DNA of 64,000 nt from Podarcis pityusensis (Eukaryota), in NCBI GenBank assembly GCA_964106645.2, contig OZ067040.1; one strand, given 5' to 3'. The first letter of the stretch is position 1. Each line of letters begins with the position of its first letter. Shown here piece by piece: positions 11,191 through 24,006 of the stretch. The position numbers and the translations under genes were made by a program. A model generated the notes under the pieces. It worked only from the letters and a program-made list of their open reading frames with translations. It was not told where the DNA came from and did not search any database.

Positions 11191-13117
11191 TAAATTTCTA
11201 TCCCACTCTTCCTTCCAAAGGAGCCCAGGGCAGCAAAAAAAGTGATAAAACAGTAAAAACATATTTAAAAGGCTTGGGGGGGGGGAGAAAGGTATTTAGT
11301 AGGTGCCAAAAAGACAAAAGAGAGCAGCAGTCTAATATACAACAGCAGGGAATTCCGAATGGTAGGTGCCACAGCACTACAGGCCCAATTCCTACATTGT
11401 GCATTTCTTACCTCCTGATAAGATGGTATTTGCAGGAGACCCTAATTATTTTTCAGGAATATATCCTCTGGAGTTCTCTTGTACACACACCTTGATAAGA
11501 GGCATGAATAATTTGCATTGGGTATTCATTCCAAAATGGAGGTAGGAATTCAATGTTGTGCTGTGGCAGTCATTCCATCTGTGCAAGCTTTTCAGCTTGC
11601 AGGACAGAATGATCCTCAACATGCATACACAATCCCAAGCCAATTTCAGGGGGTGCATGGGGAGAGGAGAGGAGAGGTGTGGAAAGCCTTGATGTCTTAG
11701 TGGAAGTCCTTGTTCCAGCTTCCACTAGCAGGAATAGTTAGCTGAATAAGATATAAAGTGGGATAAAAGATAAAAATGTCAGTTGATTGTGGACCGATTC
11801 TTTATGCCATATAACGTATAACATCCGTCAGTTATTTCAATCACAACCATTAGATTCTTACCAAACGTTGTGAAGATGTTAATAATGTAATATTACTAAT
11901 GACAGCTGGAGTTGGGATCTCTTCTGCCTTTGAAGAATGAAGGTTGTTTCATAAGTTTCTCATGGGGAATCATCAAGAAGTGCAAAGATTTTCACTTTAA
12001 TTGCTGTTATCTAATTATCCTCTTCCAAACGGGAGATAATCAAAGCTGGAATGTGTCTTTAAGGCATTGATTTCGTAGCTACGTGTGGTTTTAAATCTTG
12101 ATCATATGTAGTAGCAGCAGCTGCATTATTCCAGTTAGTTTTGAACGTCATACTATCTGAGTACAGCATAGTGAATGATGTTGAAGAAATGGTGTTTTCA
12201 AATAAAGAATATCAGGAGGACACCAAACTTGAAGACAGGAAGAGAGGAAGCCCCCCCCCCCCCCCCCGGTGCAGTGTGCTTTGAATTTTTTTTTTTTCAG
12301 GAGCATGCTTAGGATGAACTTGAGACTTCAGCCTCTGTGCATATTTCCCCCAAAAAAACTGTCTCAAACTGATCATGCATCTGAAGAAGATATTCGAAAT
12401 ACACTGAGCCCAATAAATATATATTTGCAAACCTGAAGGATTTATTGCCCCTTTTATTTTACAATGAAACGGGTAATGAAAGCATTCCCTAACAGTACAA
12501 TTCTGTACCCCAGGACTAAGTCCCATTGAGTTCCATGGGGTTTACTGCTAGGTAAGTGTGTATAGGACTGCAGCCCATGACTCTTGTATCAAGGGTTTCC
12601 AAAGATTTAATAGATGTTTTACTGTATAGTTCCTCACTCTTCTCAGTAATAGGGAATCCCAAAGGCCTTCTACGGGGTCACTTTCTTTGTGAGGAGAAAG
12701 CACTTGTGTGTATCTTATGATGTTCTATATCTTTACAAATGTACAGTGTGTGTGTGGGATTAATCAAGCATACAGCAATACCTGTGTGAAACTATAAAGA
12801 GTGCAAGTTTCCCTCAGAGAAAAGAGCATTAGAGCCCCCATAAAGGCTCCTTCTTTTTAGTCTTCTGCAAAAACCTACACTTCTATCCCACTTCACGGGC
12901 TACAGGGAAATTTGTTTTTCTGTGAGTCTCACCCTGGGTGAATGAGATACTATCAATAGTACTAGCCATGACTGGCCATTATGGCCTATTTAAGAAACCT
13001 GTTGTAGCAATCAACACCCACTGCAACATAAAATTGATTCTTGTGTTGTCTGATGAGTGTGTACAGATTATTAAAATAGTATGAAAAAAATTATTTTGCT
13101 TGAATAACTACTTCCTA

Positions 13118-13450
13118 AAGGTAAAGGACCCCTGACCATTAGGTCCAGTCATGACCGACTCTGGGGTTGTGGCGCTCATCTCGCTTTATTGGCCGAGGGA
13201 GCCAGCGTACAGCTTCCGGGTCTTGTGGCCAGCATGACTAAGCCACTTCTGGCGAACCAGAGCAGCACACGGAAATGCCATTTACCTTCCTGCCGGAGGT
13301 ACCTATTTATCTACTTGCACTTGATGTGCTTTCGAACTGCTAGGTTGGCAGGAGCAGGGACCGAGCAACGGGGGCTCACCCCGTTGCGGGGATTCGAACC
13401 ACCGACTTTCTGATCGGCAAGTCCTAGGCCACAGTGCCACCCGCGTCCCA
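13118..13450 (-). mobile_element. Sauria SINE, near full length
   Basis: On the minus strand it starts GGGACGCGGGTGGCACTGTGG, has a B-box-like GGTTCGAATCC and an ACCTTT tail; 12-bp TSD AACTACTTCCTA at 13106-13117 and 13451-13462. Confidence 0.9.
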
Positions 13451-13944
13451 AACTACTTCCTACATTGTGATTAACATGTATTCATCTAGAGAAGTATCAT
13501 GTGTTCTGTTGCCGAACTGCTAGTATATCTTCTAAACTGGTGTTTACAGGACTCAGGCTGTGGTAAAAAAATTAAATTAAATTCAGGGAACACTGAGATA
13601 CTTATGAATCAAACTCAGACTGACAGCAGCAAAATGTTCCACCTACATGTATAAAAAAAAACCTAAAGAAGAAATAGGGAAAGTGGCTTTCCTTACCACT
13701 TTGCAGGTGTCTTTTTTCTCTCCTTAGGCTGGGTTCTCACTTTGTACTGCTGGCCTGGCAGTCGCTGAAGTGCCATTCCTTCCTACCTCAACAGGGCAAT
13801 ATGAGAAGCTCTAGGGCCATACATAGGCTTCTCCTTCAATTAGCATTAGTCCAGTTTCCTAAAAGGCAATGCCAGCCTGGGGTTGAGCTGCAGTATGGAT
13901 TTTCCCCACATGGTCCAAAGCTTCAAATATTATTCCAATGGTAT

Positions 13945-14138
13945 GGGAAGGATCATGGCTTAGTGCTGTAGCAAATGCTTTGCATGCAGAAAGGTGCAGG
14001 TTTAATTTTCAGCATCTCCAGGTAGGTCTGTGAGAGAACCCTGCCTGAAACAGTGGAGAGTTGCTGTCAGTCAGTGCAGACAAGAGTGAGCTAGATTGAC
14101 CGGTGATCTGATTTGGTACAGTATAAGGAAACTTCCTT
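13945..14138 (+). mobile_element. tRNA-derived squamate SINE (Squam2/Anolis SINE2-like), diverged
   Basis: Degenerate A/B boxes (TGGCTTAGTG...; AGGTTTAATT), body CCTGCCTGAAAC..GGAGAGTTGCTGTCAGTCAGTG, end AGTATAAGGAAACTTCCT; family name from recall. Confidence 0.55.
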
Positions 14139-14392
14139 TAGTGTATATCATTAGCAGGTGCTAATTATCCTCTTTGTCTTGACAAAGACTATAGTTTTGT
14201 TTTTGTTTGGTGAAATAGGTGGGCAGTGGTAGTGGGAAAAGAACGTTCACTGTGCTACATCTCCTTCCAGTTTTGACATAAGGCAACTTTCTCAACCTGT
14301 TTTCTAATACCTTATCTTCTCCTCAGTCTTTTTTGTTCTCAGTGCAGTTTTTAAGAAGGTTGCATTAGAGCATTCGGATCTTTAGTCACTAA

Positions 14393-14731
14393 GGCTGCTT
14401 ACATACGAAACCTTTAAAGCACATCTGAAGCACATTCTGTTCCTCAAAAAATTCTGGGCACTGCACAGAGGCATAGCACGGGGGCAGGGCGCACTTACTG
14501 TGCCCAAGCCTCGCTTCTCTCCTGAGAGTGACACGGTGGCTCCGGCACCTGCAGGCTCCACATTGCCCGAAATGGCAGCATGGGGCTTACATCCCAAGTA
14601 GCTAGCTGTGCCACTGGCACTGTAGTTTACTCCTCACAGAGTTACAATTCTCAACAACCCTTTAAAACAACAGTGATCAGAATTCCTTGAGGGAAACAAC
14701 ATGCTTCAGATGTCATATTGTGTACACAGCC
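14393..14731. mobile_element. PIF/Harbinger-type MITE
   Basis: TAA on both flanks (14390-14392, 14732-14734); ends GGCTGCTTACA / TGTACACAGCC; internal inverted match ACATCTGAAGCA / TGCTTCAGATGT. Confidence 0.6.
14466..14616. mobile_element. Small hAT-type MITE nested in the PIF MITE
   Basis: TIRs CAGAGGCATAGC / GCTGTGCCACTG; 8-bp flanks GCACTGCA (14458-14465) and GCACTGTA (14617-14624). Confidence 0.65.
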
Positions 14732-15379
14732 TAAGTTATTCAGACTGAGACCTTATGCAGTTATTTTAGGGTAGGTCCCACAGAAATTGGCAAAGCCTTT
14801 CTTTCTGCACAGAATTGGGCTGCATGGTAGCACTTGCTTAGTATATCCCACTGAGTCCTATAATAATTGCTAACTGCTACTACTACTATTTCTTCTTAAA
14901 ATTTAATGTAGTGCATTCACTTTGCAACAAACACGGTGAACTCTTTTGCCATCCCTCCCATAGCAGTCTGAGAAAAGTTACTATTGTTTCCACTATGCTG
15001 ATGGGGAAACTGAGGCTCAGACTGAGTATTACACACAATTCCATGATATATTTTTGTGTTAGCTTCCATACTGACTTTTAAGGGTAGCCCCATGTTAAGC
15101 ACATTGCAGTCGTCCAAATGGAAAGTCACTAGACTAGAGCATGGATTATTGAGGGCAGGTTATCAGGGTAAAAAAAAACAAAAACAAGGGCAACCAGTGA
15201 GCAGCCGGAAATGGGGGTTAAGCACCCCTAGCTGAGGAGTCTTTTTGGGCCAGCTGCGACAGAGCAAATCCAGTCGCACTCCTAGACTTACTAACTTGTT
15301 CCTTCAGAGGGAGTGCAGCCCCTTCCATGTAAAAGTGTGGATGCAACAGCACGTGTTTGCAAACACGTGTCTCACACTC

Positions 15380-16440
15380 CAGGGGGCCAAGATGAGCGGC
15401 AGCTCCCCCACGACCGCACTGGCGTGGGAAGCGCCTCGCCTTGCGGGGGAATCTCACCTACCGCGTTGTCTGGTCAGGAACCAGAGCGGACGGCCTCTTT
15501 CGGGGTTGAGGCAGCAGGGCGGGAGGGCGCTTGCAGCTGAGCGCTTCTTGTCTTCGCCACCCACGAGCCCCTTTTCTCCTCTCCTCCCCCTCAGCCCTGC
15601 CGGCCCCCTGCCCTCCCCCCACAGCAACGTTTCCCGCCTTCTTCTTCCCCTCTGCTGCCCAGTCCACGTGCCCGTCGGCGCTGCTGTTCCCCTTCCTTCC
15701 CGCTCCCGACTGGAGTATCTGCTCGCCCCCCGCCCCGCTGCTTTCGGGGACGCTTCTCCGCCCTCCTCAGACGCTCAGCGTCTCTGCTCGGCGGTGCCTT
15801 CCTCCTCCCCGCAGCCGCGTTGCTCTTTCATCCCTCGAGTTTAATTGCGCGCGCTTTTCCCCCTCCCTCGGCGGGCGGGGGCTCGTCCGGGGCCAGCGCT
15901 CCATGTGCGCGCTTGGGCGGCTGATGGCCCTGCCCTCGCCTCTGTCATTTCTACGTCAGACTCGGAGCCGCCTGAGAGCGCTCCCGCTCTTTCTGGCTCA
16001 CACTCGGGACGGAGACGCGCAAGGTGGCAGCCGCCTGCTCCCGCCTCCTCGGCTCCTGCCCGCCAAAGGCAAAGAAGGGACGCGGCTCCAGCCACGCCAC
16101 GGGGCAGACGGCGGCGAGCAGCGGCAGAAGCAGCATCCATGAGAAGCATCTCTCAGCCTTGAAGCAGAGTAAGAGCGGGTGCTGCGGGGGGGGGGGTGTT
16201 TGTGTGTGTGTGTGGCGGGAGAATCGCAGGACAAAGAGAGAGCGCAGCGCGTAGCTAAAGCCAAACCAGCGGGATCTTAATAGGCTGCGATGGCGAGATG
16301 CGGTTGAGCCAGTCGCCTGCTTTCGCGAACAAGGCTCTCCTGCCTTGGGATCCGCTCCCAAAGAGGGAGGGAAAACTTTAGTTTCAGCACCAAGGAGAGC
16401 GCCCGTCGGCTTTTGCAAACGCGGCTCTCTGAACGCACCA
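15380..16440 (+). promoter_or_regulatory. GPR6: CpG island; GPR6 promoter and first exon region
   Basis: Abrupt GC- and CpG-rich block in otherwise CpG-depleted DNA, directly upstream of the GPR6 coding exon; GC boxes (CCCCGCCC near 15727, GGGCGGG near 15873) and a half-CRE CGTCA at 15954-15958. Confidence 0.85.
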
Positions 16441-16690
16441 GCTATTGACCAGGCTCTATGGGTTTGTGTTGCTTCTTTCCCGCTTATGGATGCTGATCCC
16501 CACTTCCTTGTGCCTTAGACTAGACATGTTTCCTTCACTTTCGTGTTAGATTTCTGCCTTCTATTATTTTGTCCTTTTAACTTAGCTATTATTCTGTGTT
16601 TTCTTCTCTCTTGTTTTTTTTGTTTTAGCAAAGGCATTATTTTAACACCCCTTTTCTTCCTTCCTTTCCTCCTCCTTCTTCTCCTTGCAG
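16169..16690 (+). other. GPR6: Putative 5'UTR intron of GPR6
   Basis: Strong acceptor (long polypyrimidine tract ...TTCTCCTTGCAG|G, AG at 16689-16690); candidate donor AGA|GTAAGA at 16169. The acceptor is well supported, the donor is inferred. Confidence 0.6.
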
Positions 16691-16714
16691 GTGGCATACC
16701 TAGCTGTGGCAGAG

Positions 16715-17698
16715 ATGAATGAAAGCATTGCCTTGAATGAAACCAGGAGCCCTGTGCCCTGGATCCAAGCCAGCAACCAGAATTCTTCTCTGGAGCTCTC
16801 TTCCAAGCTCCCCATCTTTACCATCAACCCTTGGGATATTATGCTCTGCATTTCTGGGACCATCATTGCCTGTGAAAATGCGATCGTTGTGGCCATTATA
16901 TTCTACACTCCCAACCTAAGAACCCCAATGTTTGTGCTGATTGGGAGCTTGGCCACAGCAGACCTACTGGCTGGAGTTGGCCTGATCCTCAATTTTGTTT
17001 TCCAGTATGTGATCCAGTCAGAAACCATCAGCCTTATTACAGTTGGCTTCCTAGTTGCCTCTTTTACTGCCTCTGTGAGTAGCTTATTAGCCATCACAGT
17101 TGATCGCTACCTTTCCCTGTACAATGCACTGACTTACTACTCTGAGAAGACTGCTCTCTGTATTCATATGATGCTGATCATCACATGGGGGGTTTCCCTC
17201 TGCTTAGGACTTCTACCTGTCTTGGGCTGGAATTGCCTAGAAGATTATTCATCGTGCAGTATTGTGAGACCCTTGACCAAAAGTAATGTGACCTTGCTGT
17301 CTGCCTCCTTCTTTGTCATCTTTATTCTCATGCTGCACCTGTACATTAAAATCTGCAAAATAGTTTGCAGGCATGCACACCAGATAGCACTCCAGCAACA
17401 TTTTCTGACTGCATCTCACTATGTTGCAACCAAAAAGGGAGTCTCAACACTTGCTATAATCCTTGGGACTTTTGGAGCCAGTTGGTTACCTTTTGCTATC
17501 TACTGCGTAGTTGGAGATTCCCGCTACCCTGCTGTGTACACTTATGCCACACTTCTACCTGCTACCTACAATTCCATGATCAATCCTATCATTTATGCCT
17601 ACAGAAACCAAGAAATTCAGAGGTCTATGTGGGTTCTGTTTTGTGGCTGCTTTCAATCAAAAGTGTCCTTTCGTTCAAGATCCCCCAGTGATGTCTAA
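16715..17698 (+). CDS. GPR6: G protein-coupled receptor 6 (class A, GPR3/6/12 family), 327 aa, single coding exon
   Basis: Seven hydrophobic segments; NPWDIMLC, CENAIVV, LATADLLAG, VDRY, SWLPF, NPIIY; C-terminus CFQSKVSFRSRSPSDV is GPR6-like; adjacent convergent WASF1 matches known GPR6-WASF1 synteny. First ATG after the splice acceptor is 16715; the ORF-track start at 16685 is intronic. Confidence 0.95.
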   Translation: MNESIALNETRSPVPWIQASNQNSSLELSSKLPIFTINPWDIMLCISGTIIACENAIVVAIIFYTPNLRTPMFVLIGSLATADLLAGVGLILNFVFQYVIQSETISLITVGFLVASFTASVSSLLAITVDRYLSLYNALTYYSEKTALCIHMMLIITWGVSLCLGLLPVLGWNCLEDYSSCSIVRPLTKSNVTLLSASFFVIFILMLHLYIKICKIVCRHAHQIALQQHFLTASHYVATKKGVSTLAIILGTFGASWLPFAIYCVVGDSRYPAVYTYATLLPATYNSMINPIIYAYRNQEIQRSMWVLFCGCFQSKVSFRSRSPSDV

Positions 17699-18124
17699 GT
17701 GACTTCTCCTTCTGTGTCGTTTTGCACAAAGTGACAATCTTTGACTTTTGTGAATTACAGTGCCTGGTATGAACCAGATACATGTTGTGAAATTGTTTTT
17801 TGGGGGGAGATGTTTAAACAGTAGCACTTTATGTGTGTGTATTCTTGAGAATGTGAAAAGTCTGAAGCTTTTGGTTGTGTGTGGGGGGGAGGGACCACAG
17901 TGTGGTTGTATACAAGATTGTGCATCACATTTGTAAAGTGGAGGCATTCCAAGACTACGTAATTATAGCACTTTATTTTTAGCTGCTGAACTGCCAAAAC
18001 AGTATTGCCATTTTTAAAGGGCAAAAAGAAAGAGAGAGAAAGAAGAAGTAAAATATTGTCTGATTATTTTGGGATGTGAGTGATAATATATTTTGCTGCA
18101 CAGTATTGACAAATTATGACATTT

Positions 18125-18170
18125 TGTATACAAATAAAACAATTCATTACATATTTTTATTTTGTGTGTT
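18125..18170 (+). terminator. GPR6: GPR6 polyadenylation signal
   Basis: TGTA (18125), AATAAA (18133-18138) and a downstream U/GU-rich element TTTTGTGTGTT, about 435 nt after the stop codon. Confidence 0.65.
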
Positions 18171-21100
18171 GAGCTGATTTAATAGCCTCTAAGAGCCTGA
18201 AAAACCTTTCATGATGCCTCACCTTTATTTACTTGAAAATATGAATTGGGTTTATCCACCCATATGAAATTAGTTTACTTATGCAGAGGAACCATGTCAT
18301 AAAATAAGTTTCTCAAATATACTGTTTTGTTTATTTTGTTTCTATTCAGTAGTAATTTATTTTCTGTAGAGATAAAGCTAATCAAGCATGTGTATAATAT
18401 TAATTCCTCTAAGTCTTTAAAAGGCCTCATCACTATTCTTAGGTAAGATATGAGACTATCAAATAAAATTGTTTCAGGAGAGGAAGCAAGATCAAAGAGT
18501 TATTCTGATTCTCAGATGATGGTTGCAGCTCACAGGGAGATGATTCTATATGAGTGTCATTGAAATCTTCAAGAGTTCCAATTAATTTCCATTCATTGGG
18601 GGGGGAGGGGTAGCATCAGAGAAAATTTCTATATTTTCCCATTTGACCTCCTTTGTGGCTTAGTTTTGATTTGGTCCATGTTTCCTTCCTGACACACCTG
18701 CGCAAGCTCATAATAAATTGATTTCTGTCACAATCCACAGGCCCTAGGTGCCTCTTTTTGTCTGTCTTTGTCTGACCAATTCTTCAGGGTGACTTATGCA
18801 CAGCTTGCTGGCTGTGTGCATTAGGCCACATTGTGATATAACCCATTCACTTATAATAAGTCATTTTTTTCCAGAAGCAGCAGGTGAGAATTACATCTTA
18901 GCTTGGAAGGACTTGCACAGCTGAATCAAAATGAATAAATAAACCAATACTTTGAAACCATAGTGTATTGCAGTATACGTCTAGATTCAGAGTATCCTTG
19001 GGAGAGTTCCTACTTAACTAGAGTCAAATGATTATTTATTATCACTTCTGCTTTTAATTTAAAAAGTGCAGCTATCTAAAACATCTCTAATAAGTTCTAG
19101 AAAGCAGATTCCATATTTTTTTTCTAGGTCATAAATTCTTTAAAGTATATTAATCCAGATGCAATCTTTTTAAAGAAAGAAACAACCTATAGTTTAGACC
19201 AAATCATCCGGCATTTGCATCCTGCAGCAGTAGAGACTCAAAAACCCAAAACTGCATGAACACTTTGATCCAGTAACATTAAAATGAGGAAAACATAAAC
19301 ATGCTAAAATTCAAGGTTAACAAAATCTGGGAACTGATAGAAATTTCTCCAATCCAGTGAAAGCAATATATTCATGGGAAATAGTTCCTCTGACAGCAAG
19401 AGTAGACACACTTTTTTCTCTTGAGTGAGGGCTGCATTTCATTGGGTAATTTGTCAGGCTGCATACTGGTAGTGAGTGTGACTGAGGCAAAAGTAAATGG
19501 GACCAAAGTTTGGCAGGATTGCTTATTTTCTCTCTTCCAACTCTTTCGTGCTGTTTTTCACTTCCTTGCCATCTGCATGAAATTAAGCAGAGACACATGA
19601 CATGAGAGGGCAATATGCAGCTCTACAACCTATGACTTGTATGGATAATGGGGGGGGGGCAGGGAGGACCCTGGATTCAATAGCTGCAGCATTCAGACTC
19701 CTGCAGATTTTTAAGGGATGGTGACACCGTTTTGCCACGAAAATTATGAAATTAATGCATAAATTAATGCAATGCCATTCACTTGTTGAGACATGGATTG
19801 GGTGTGGGGGGAGAGAGTATGAATATAGTCTCAAAACATCTGGAGGGCCAAGGTTGAGGAAGCCTGATCTAGTAGTTACCCCTTCCCTTCCTCCAAGTTG
19901 CTGAACAAATCAGCAGAAGTATTGCTCTGCTAGCACTAGTTAGGTAGAAGGACAGGCTCTGTGAGAGTTTGGTTGTGTTGGCAGTTCCCTAAACTGGAGC
20001 AAATGAGTATATTGTGAGTAGAATGTATATGTTAGTTTTAATATCTGCAGCGGCTACACAACATCATTTGGCAACAAAGACTGTAAAGACCAAATCTTTT
20101 GGATCAGGTGATCCCTACATCTCTCGCTCCTCCCACTTACATAAGTATAGACCAAGAAATACTACATAAAAATAGCACCAATGTAATTTTCACTTGGAGA
20201 GCACCATGCTTGAAATACAAATTTAGTCCATTGCTTAAGTATCAAACAACTGTAGAATGCCAAACATCAGGTATTTAGATGTAAAGACCTAGTTAGGCGA
20301 TCTGTAATTATCAAAATGAGGAAATGAAAGGCTATTTCACACAGGCATGCATGCCACATGATCTCCCACCACTTTATTGTTCAACTTTTGACGACTCGCA
20401 GTGTGAACTGCTTTTACTGGAAAGTATTGCATTTGAGGTGACATGAAACCTCTGCTTGTATTTGACCTGGGAAGGCTTTTTCCATACAACAAAGCCATCA
20501 TCTGGCATGTGGTCATCAAAGGATGAAGCATGTATAAGCAGTGCCAACTAGTTTCAAGGAATAATACTGCTTACACTGTACCTACGTAGTGTATATAACA
20601 TCAGATAGACAACAATCTTTTGTCAATTTTTGGCTATTTGATCATCAAGCTGTGCTAATGATATGTGAGCAATGTCTTTACTTGCTACTTATATAATCCT
20701 GCTCCACCATTACCAAAATACAATAAATTTACAGTACACCAGCATTTACTGAATAAGGAATAAGCTGTACATAAACAAGAGGCAATAGTTCCACTGATTG
20801 ACATCTAATTCATTTCACATAATCTTTTGTGATATTGTTAAGTTGTGCATCTTTTACAATGCATGCAAATGTTTATTGAATGTTAAGGTGTGAAAACATG
20901 GGCAGAGCAATCCTTTACTCATATTGCTTTGGGACCAGATACAGTATATGCCGCTGCTACATTGGTAGAATTGCTACCATATCCAAGGTGTGCTCAGGAG
21001 GGGACAAGGAAAATACACAAGCAGAAAATACAAAAATTGGCAGACATGTCATCAGCAGTCATGGGAATTCTGCCAATACCTGAGAATCCATGTTCTACAC

Positions 21101-22849
21101 ATGGAGGGAACCAGTGAACCCATGATGATGGGGACCCTCACCCAACACACACCCCTACATCACCCCCACACACCCCCACACATGGAAATGATACAATACC
21201 ACAACATCCCCATGAACTCAGTCTTTGCTCCTGCCAGCCCCAAAGCAAAGATACAAATTCATTTATACTGCTCACAATCACAGTTTTATAAGCACAAGGG
21301 AAGCAAGAAGACACACCACAGCGCTCACCTAGCTTTTTAGGCAGGATACCTACAAATATTACACACACACCTCCTGGGACAAGAGTTCAAGACTCGTTTA
21401 GAAAGTTTATTTTGTAGGGCAGCTGAAGGAAGGCACAGGACCTACAACAGGGGCAGACACACACACAACAGCAGCAGCCTCCAGTGGCTCACTCCATAAG
21501 GCATGGATTTGGAAAGCAGGAGACGAGAGCTTAAGCCTATCAGGGGAAATGTGGGGAAATACCCTATTCACTTTGAGGGGAAGTCATGTCAGAGGGCACT
21601 GCATGTGCCTAACCATTTGAAGTTGGAATGTGCCTGCCATTTTGAACCTGGAAATTCCCAGATTAGTGAATCCTCTTCCTTGAAGTGAATAGACCAGTCT
21701 ACACATTGAAGCACGTGCAAGATTCTGCATTGTTGGAGGGCTGTCTTGTTAACACAAGTTACTTACTGGTGCATTGAGTAATCTGATCGATCATTCATGG
21801 TAGGATTGTTTTTAATATTAATTTCCCCAGATGATTGGGCACAATCCAACCATAGGTATGCATTTTAAGTACTATTAAGTTAAATGGGTGTATGGGGTAT
21901 GAGGGGACTTACATATACTGGCCTATATCCAATTTAGTCTTGAATAACTGTTCCCACACCCAGTTTTTCATCAGTTGGCATTCCATGCCACTGAGCATGT
22001 TCTTTGGAGGTCTCCCCCCCCCCCATGTGTTTTGTCCTTCTGCAAAATGTTGTGCTTCCCCCACCCCAGCCTGCTGATAATCTCTTTCTCTCTATTGTGC
22101 ATGGGTAGTGCCATTTTGGATACAGAAGCAACACAATGCACACCCTAAACATTGGAAGTAGAGGGCTTTTTAAAAATAAAGTTTTCTCTAATGTCACTTG
22201 TAATTGCTGACTTAATGCTGAATCAAGCTGAGTGGGGTGGTTGCCATCACTAATTAGACAACAGTATTAGGAAGGAAAGAAATGGAGTTCCCTCTTCCCA
22301 GTCTAACCTCATGGCTGCATAATAGTTGGTGCTGTCAGACCCTTCATTTCAGATGGCTGCAGTTGTAAAGAACATCCCTCCCTCTCCCGCCCAACCTAAG
22401 AGGTGTCTGGTGCCATCAGAGCTCTGTGATATGTGACCTTTTCTCCACAAGGATGCACACTGTTCTCATAAAAACCCACAGAAAACATGTGTACAGCATA
22501 ATATTTGAAGATCGTGCAAGTGTCTGTTCTGCCTCGTGTACACTCATTGGGAACCCTCTGCCACTCATGTAGTGAGTATATAGACACTGGCATTATGTTT
22601 GCAAATGATGACATGTGCTGATCTATGTGGGTCTTTCTCCCCCTTGAATACTAGTGTATACGTGTGGTGGAGCAGACCTCAGAAACTTCAGTATCTCTGG
22701 CAGAACATAACATCTCTTATTAAAGGGGTTCCTCGACCATATCGGTATGAACGCATGGTTTCCTACATCAGGACAGCTACATTTTAACCATTCCCCAATC
22801 ATTTATAATACTGAAATCGATAAATGTTAATAATTGGATAAAATCTTTA

Positions 22850-22853
<4 letters not shown>

Positions 22854-22896
<43 letters not shown>
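22854..22896. repeat. (AAT)n microsatellite
   Basis: Direct reading. Confidence 0.95.
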
Positions 22897-22897
<1 letters not shown>

Positions 22898-22910
22898 TTT
22901 TTTATGTATA

Positions 22911-23274
22911 AAGGTAAAGGTAAAGGTACCCCTGCCCGTACGGGCCAGTCGTGTCCGACTCTAGGGTTGTGCGCCCATCTCACTTAAGAGGCCGGGGACC
23001 AGCGCTGTCCGGAGACACTTCCGGGTCACGTGGCCAGCGTGACAAAGCTGCATCTGGCGAGCCAGCGCAGCGCACGGAAATGCCGTTTACCTTCCCGCCA
23101 GTAAGCGGTCCCTATTTATCTACTTGCACCCGGGGGTGCTTTCGAACTGCTAGGTTGGCAGGCGCTGGGACCAAGCAACGGGAGCGCACCCCGCCGCAGG
23201 GATTCGAACCGCTGACCTTTCGATCGGCAAGTCCTAGGCACTGAGGCTTTTACCCACAGCGCCACCCGCGTCCC
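22911..23274 (-). mobile_element. Sauria SINE, full length, young-looking subfamily variant
   Basis: CpG-rich; minus-strand start GGGACGCGGGTGGCGCTGTGG; (ACCTTT)n tail; 13-bp TSD TTTTTTATGTATA at 22898-22910 and 23275-23287. Confidence 0.9.
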
Positions 23275-23959
23275 TTTTTTTATGTATATACCATGTCAAA
23301 AAAATCTCTCTCAGCTTGCAAATTGTTTCTGGGAAGGAGTACACCTAAATGAGGAAGGGGACGCTTTGGTTTTGTCTAGTCCTGGTTAACTCTTGGACTA
23401 GAATTGACGTCAATCTAGTTGCAGTAAAAAGATGGCCTTTCATTTTCATACTCAGGTTGGATCTGCAAGGGTACCTGAGCAGAATAACATTAGCACCAGC
23501 TATGACATTTTTGGCTTTCCAAATAAGAGAAGCCTCTAGTTATATGCAAATGTTGAAAGCACTTTGGGGAAGAGATAATATTCACAGTGTAATTTTGCAT
23601 GTCTTAACTTTTCCTGCTTGGAGGGCTCTTTAAAATTTAGTAACAAGCACTAGAGAGAAATCCCAGTGTGAAATGAATGAACTAGAGATTTATCAGCAAA
23701 TGTGATTATATTTTATTTGAGTTTTATCAGAACCATAGCTGTCATTTGCAATACAGGTGCATAATTATCATAGCATATATGAACAGTATAGTATAGTGCT
23801 GGCTTTTCACCAATTACTGTTGTTGTGAATTAGTCACTGTTCTTATATACATATGAGATTTGCAGACATTACATTGCCTTTTTCATTCTTCATTGCCTTT
23901 TGGCTATTTACAATCTGCATCATTGTGTTTGAATGTGTACATGTGTAAGTGGGAATTTT

Positions 23960-23960
23960 A

Positions 23961-24006
<46 letters not shown>

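Noticed and set aside
13360-13450. tRNA-like A/B boxes (also at about 23200, 24520 and 45380)
   Set aside because: These are SINE heads followed by SINE bodies, not tRNA genes.
15218-16418. Several overlapping 100-200 aa ORFs
   Set aside because: Pro/Arg/Ala-rich ORFs expected from the scarcity of stop codons in a CpG island; no recognisable domains.
16685-16714. ORF-track N-terminus MQVAYLAVAE of GPR6
   Set aside because: Begins at a TTG inside the splice acceptor; the first ATG is at 16715.
16715-17698. Assignment as GPR12 or GPR3
   Set aside because: The CFQSKV.FRSRSPS C-terminus and linkage to WASF1 (ending FDEVDWLE) both point to GPR6.
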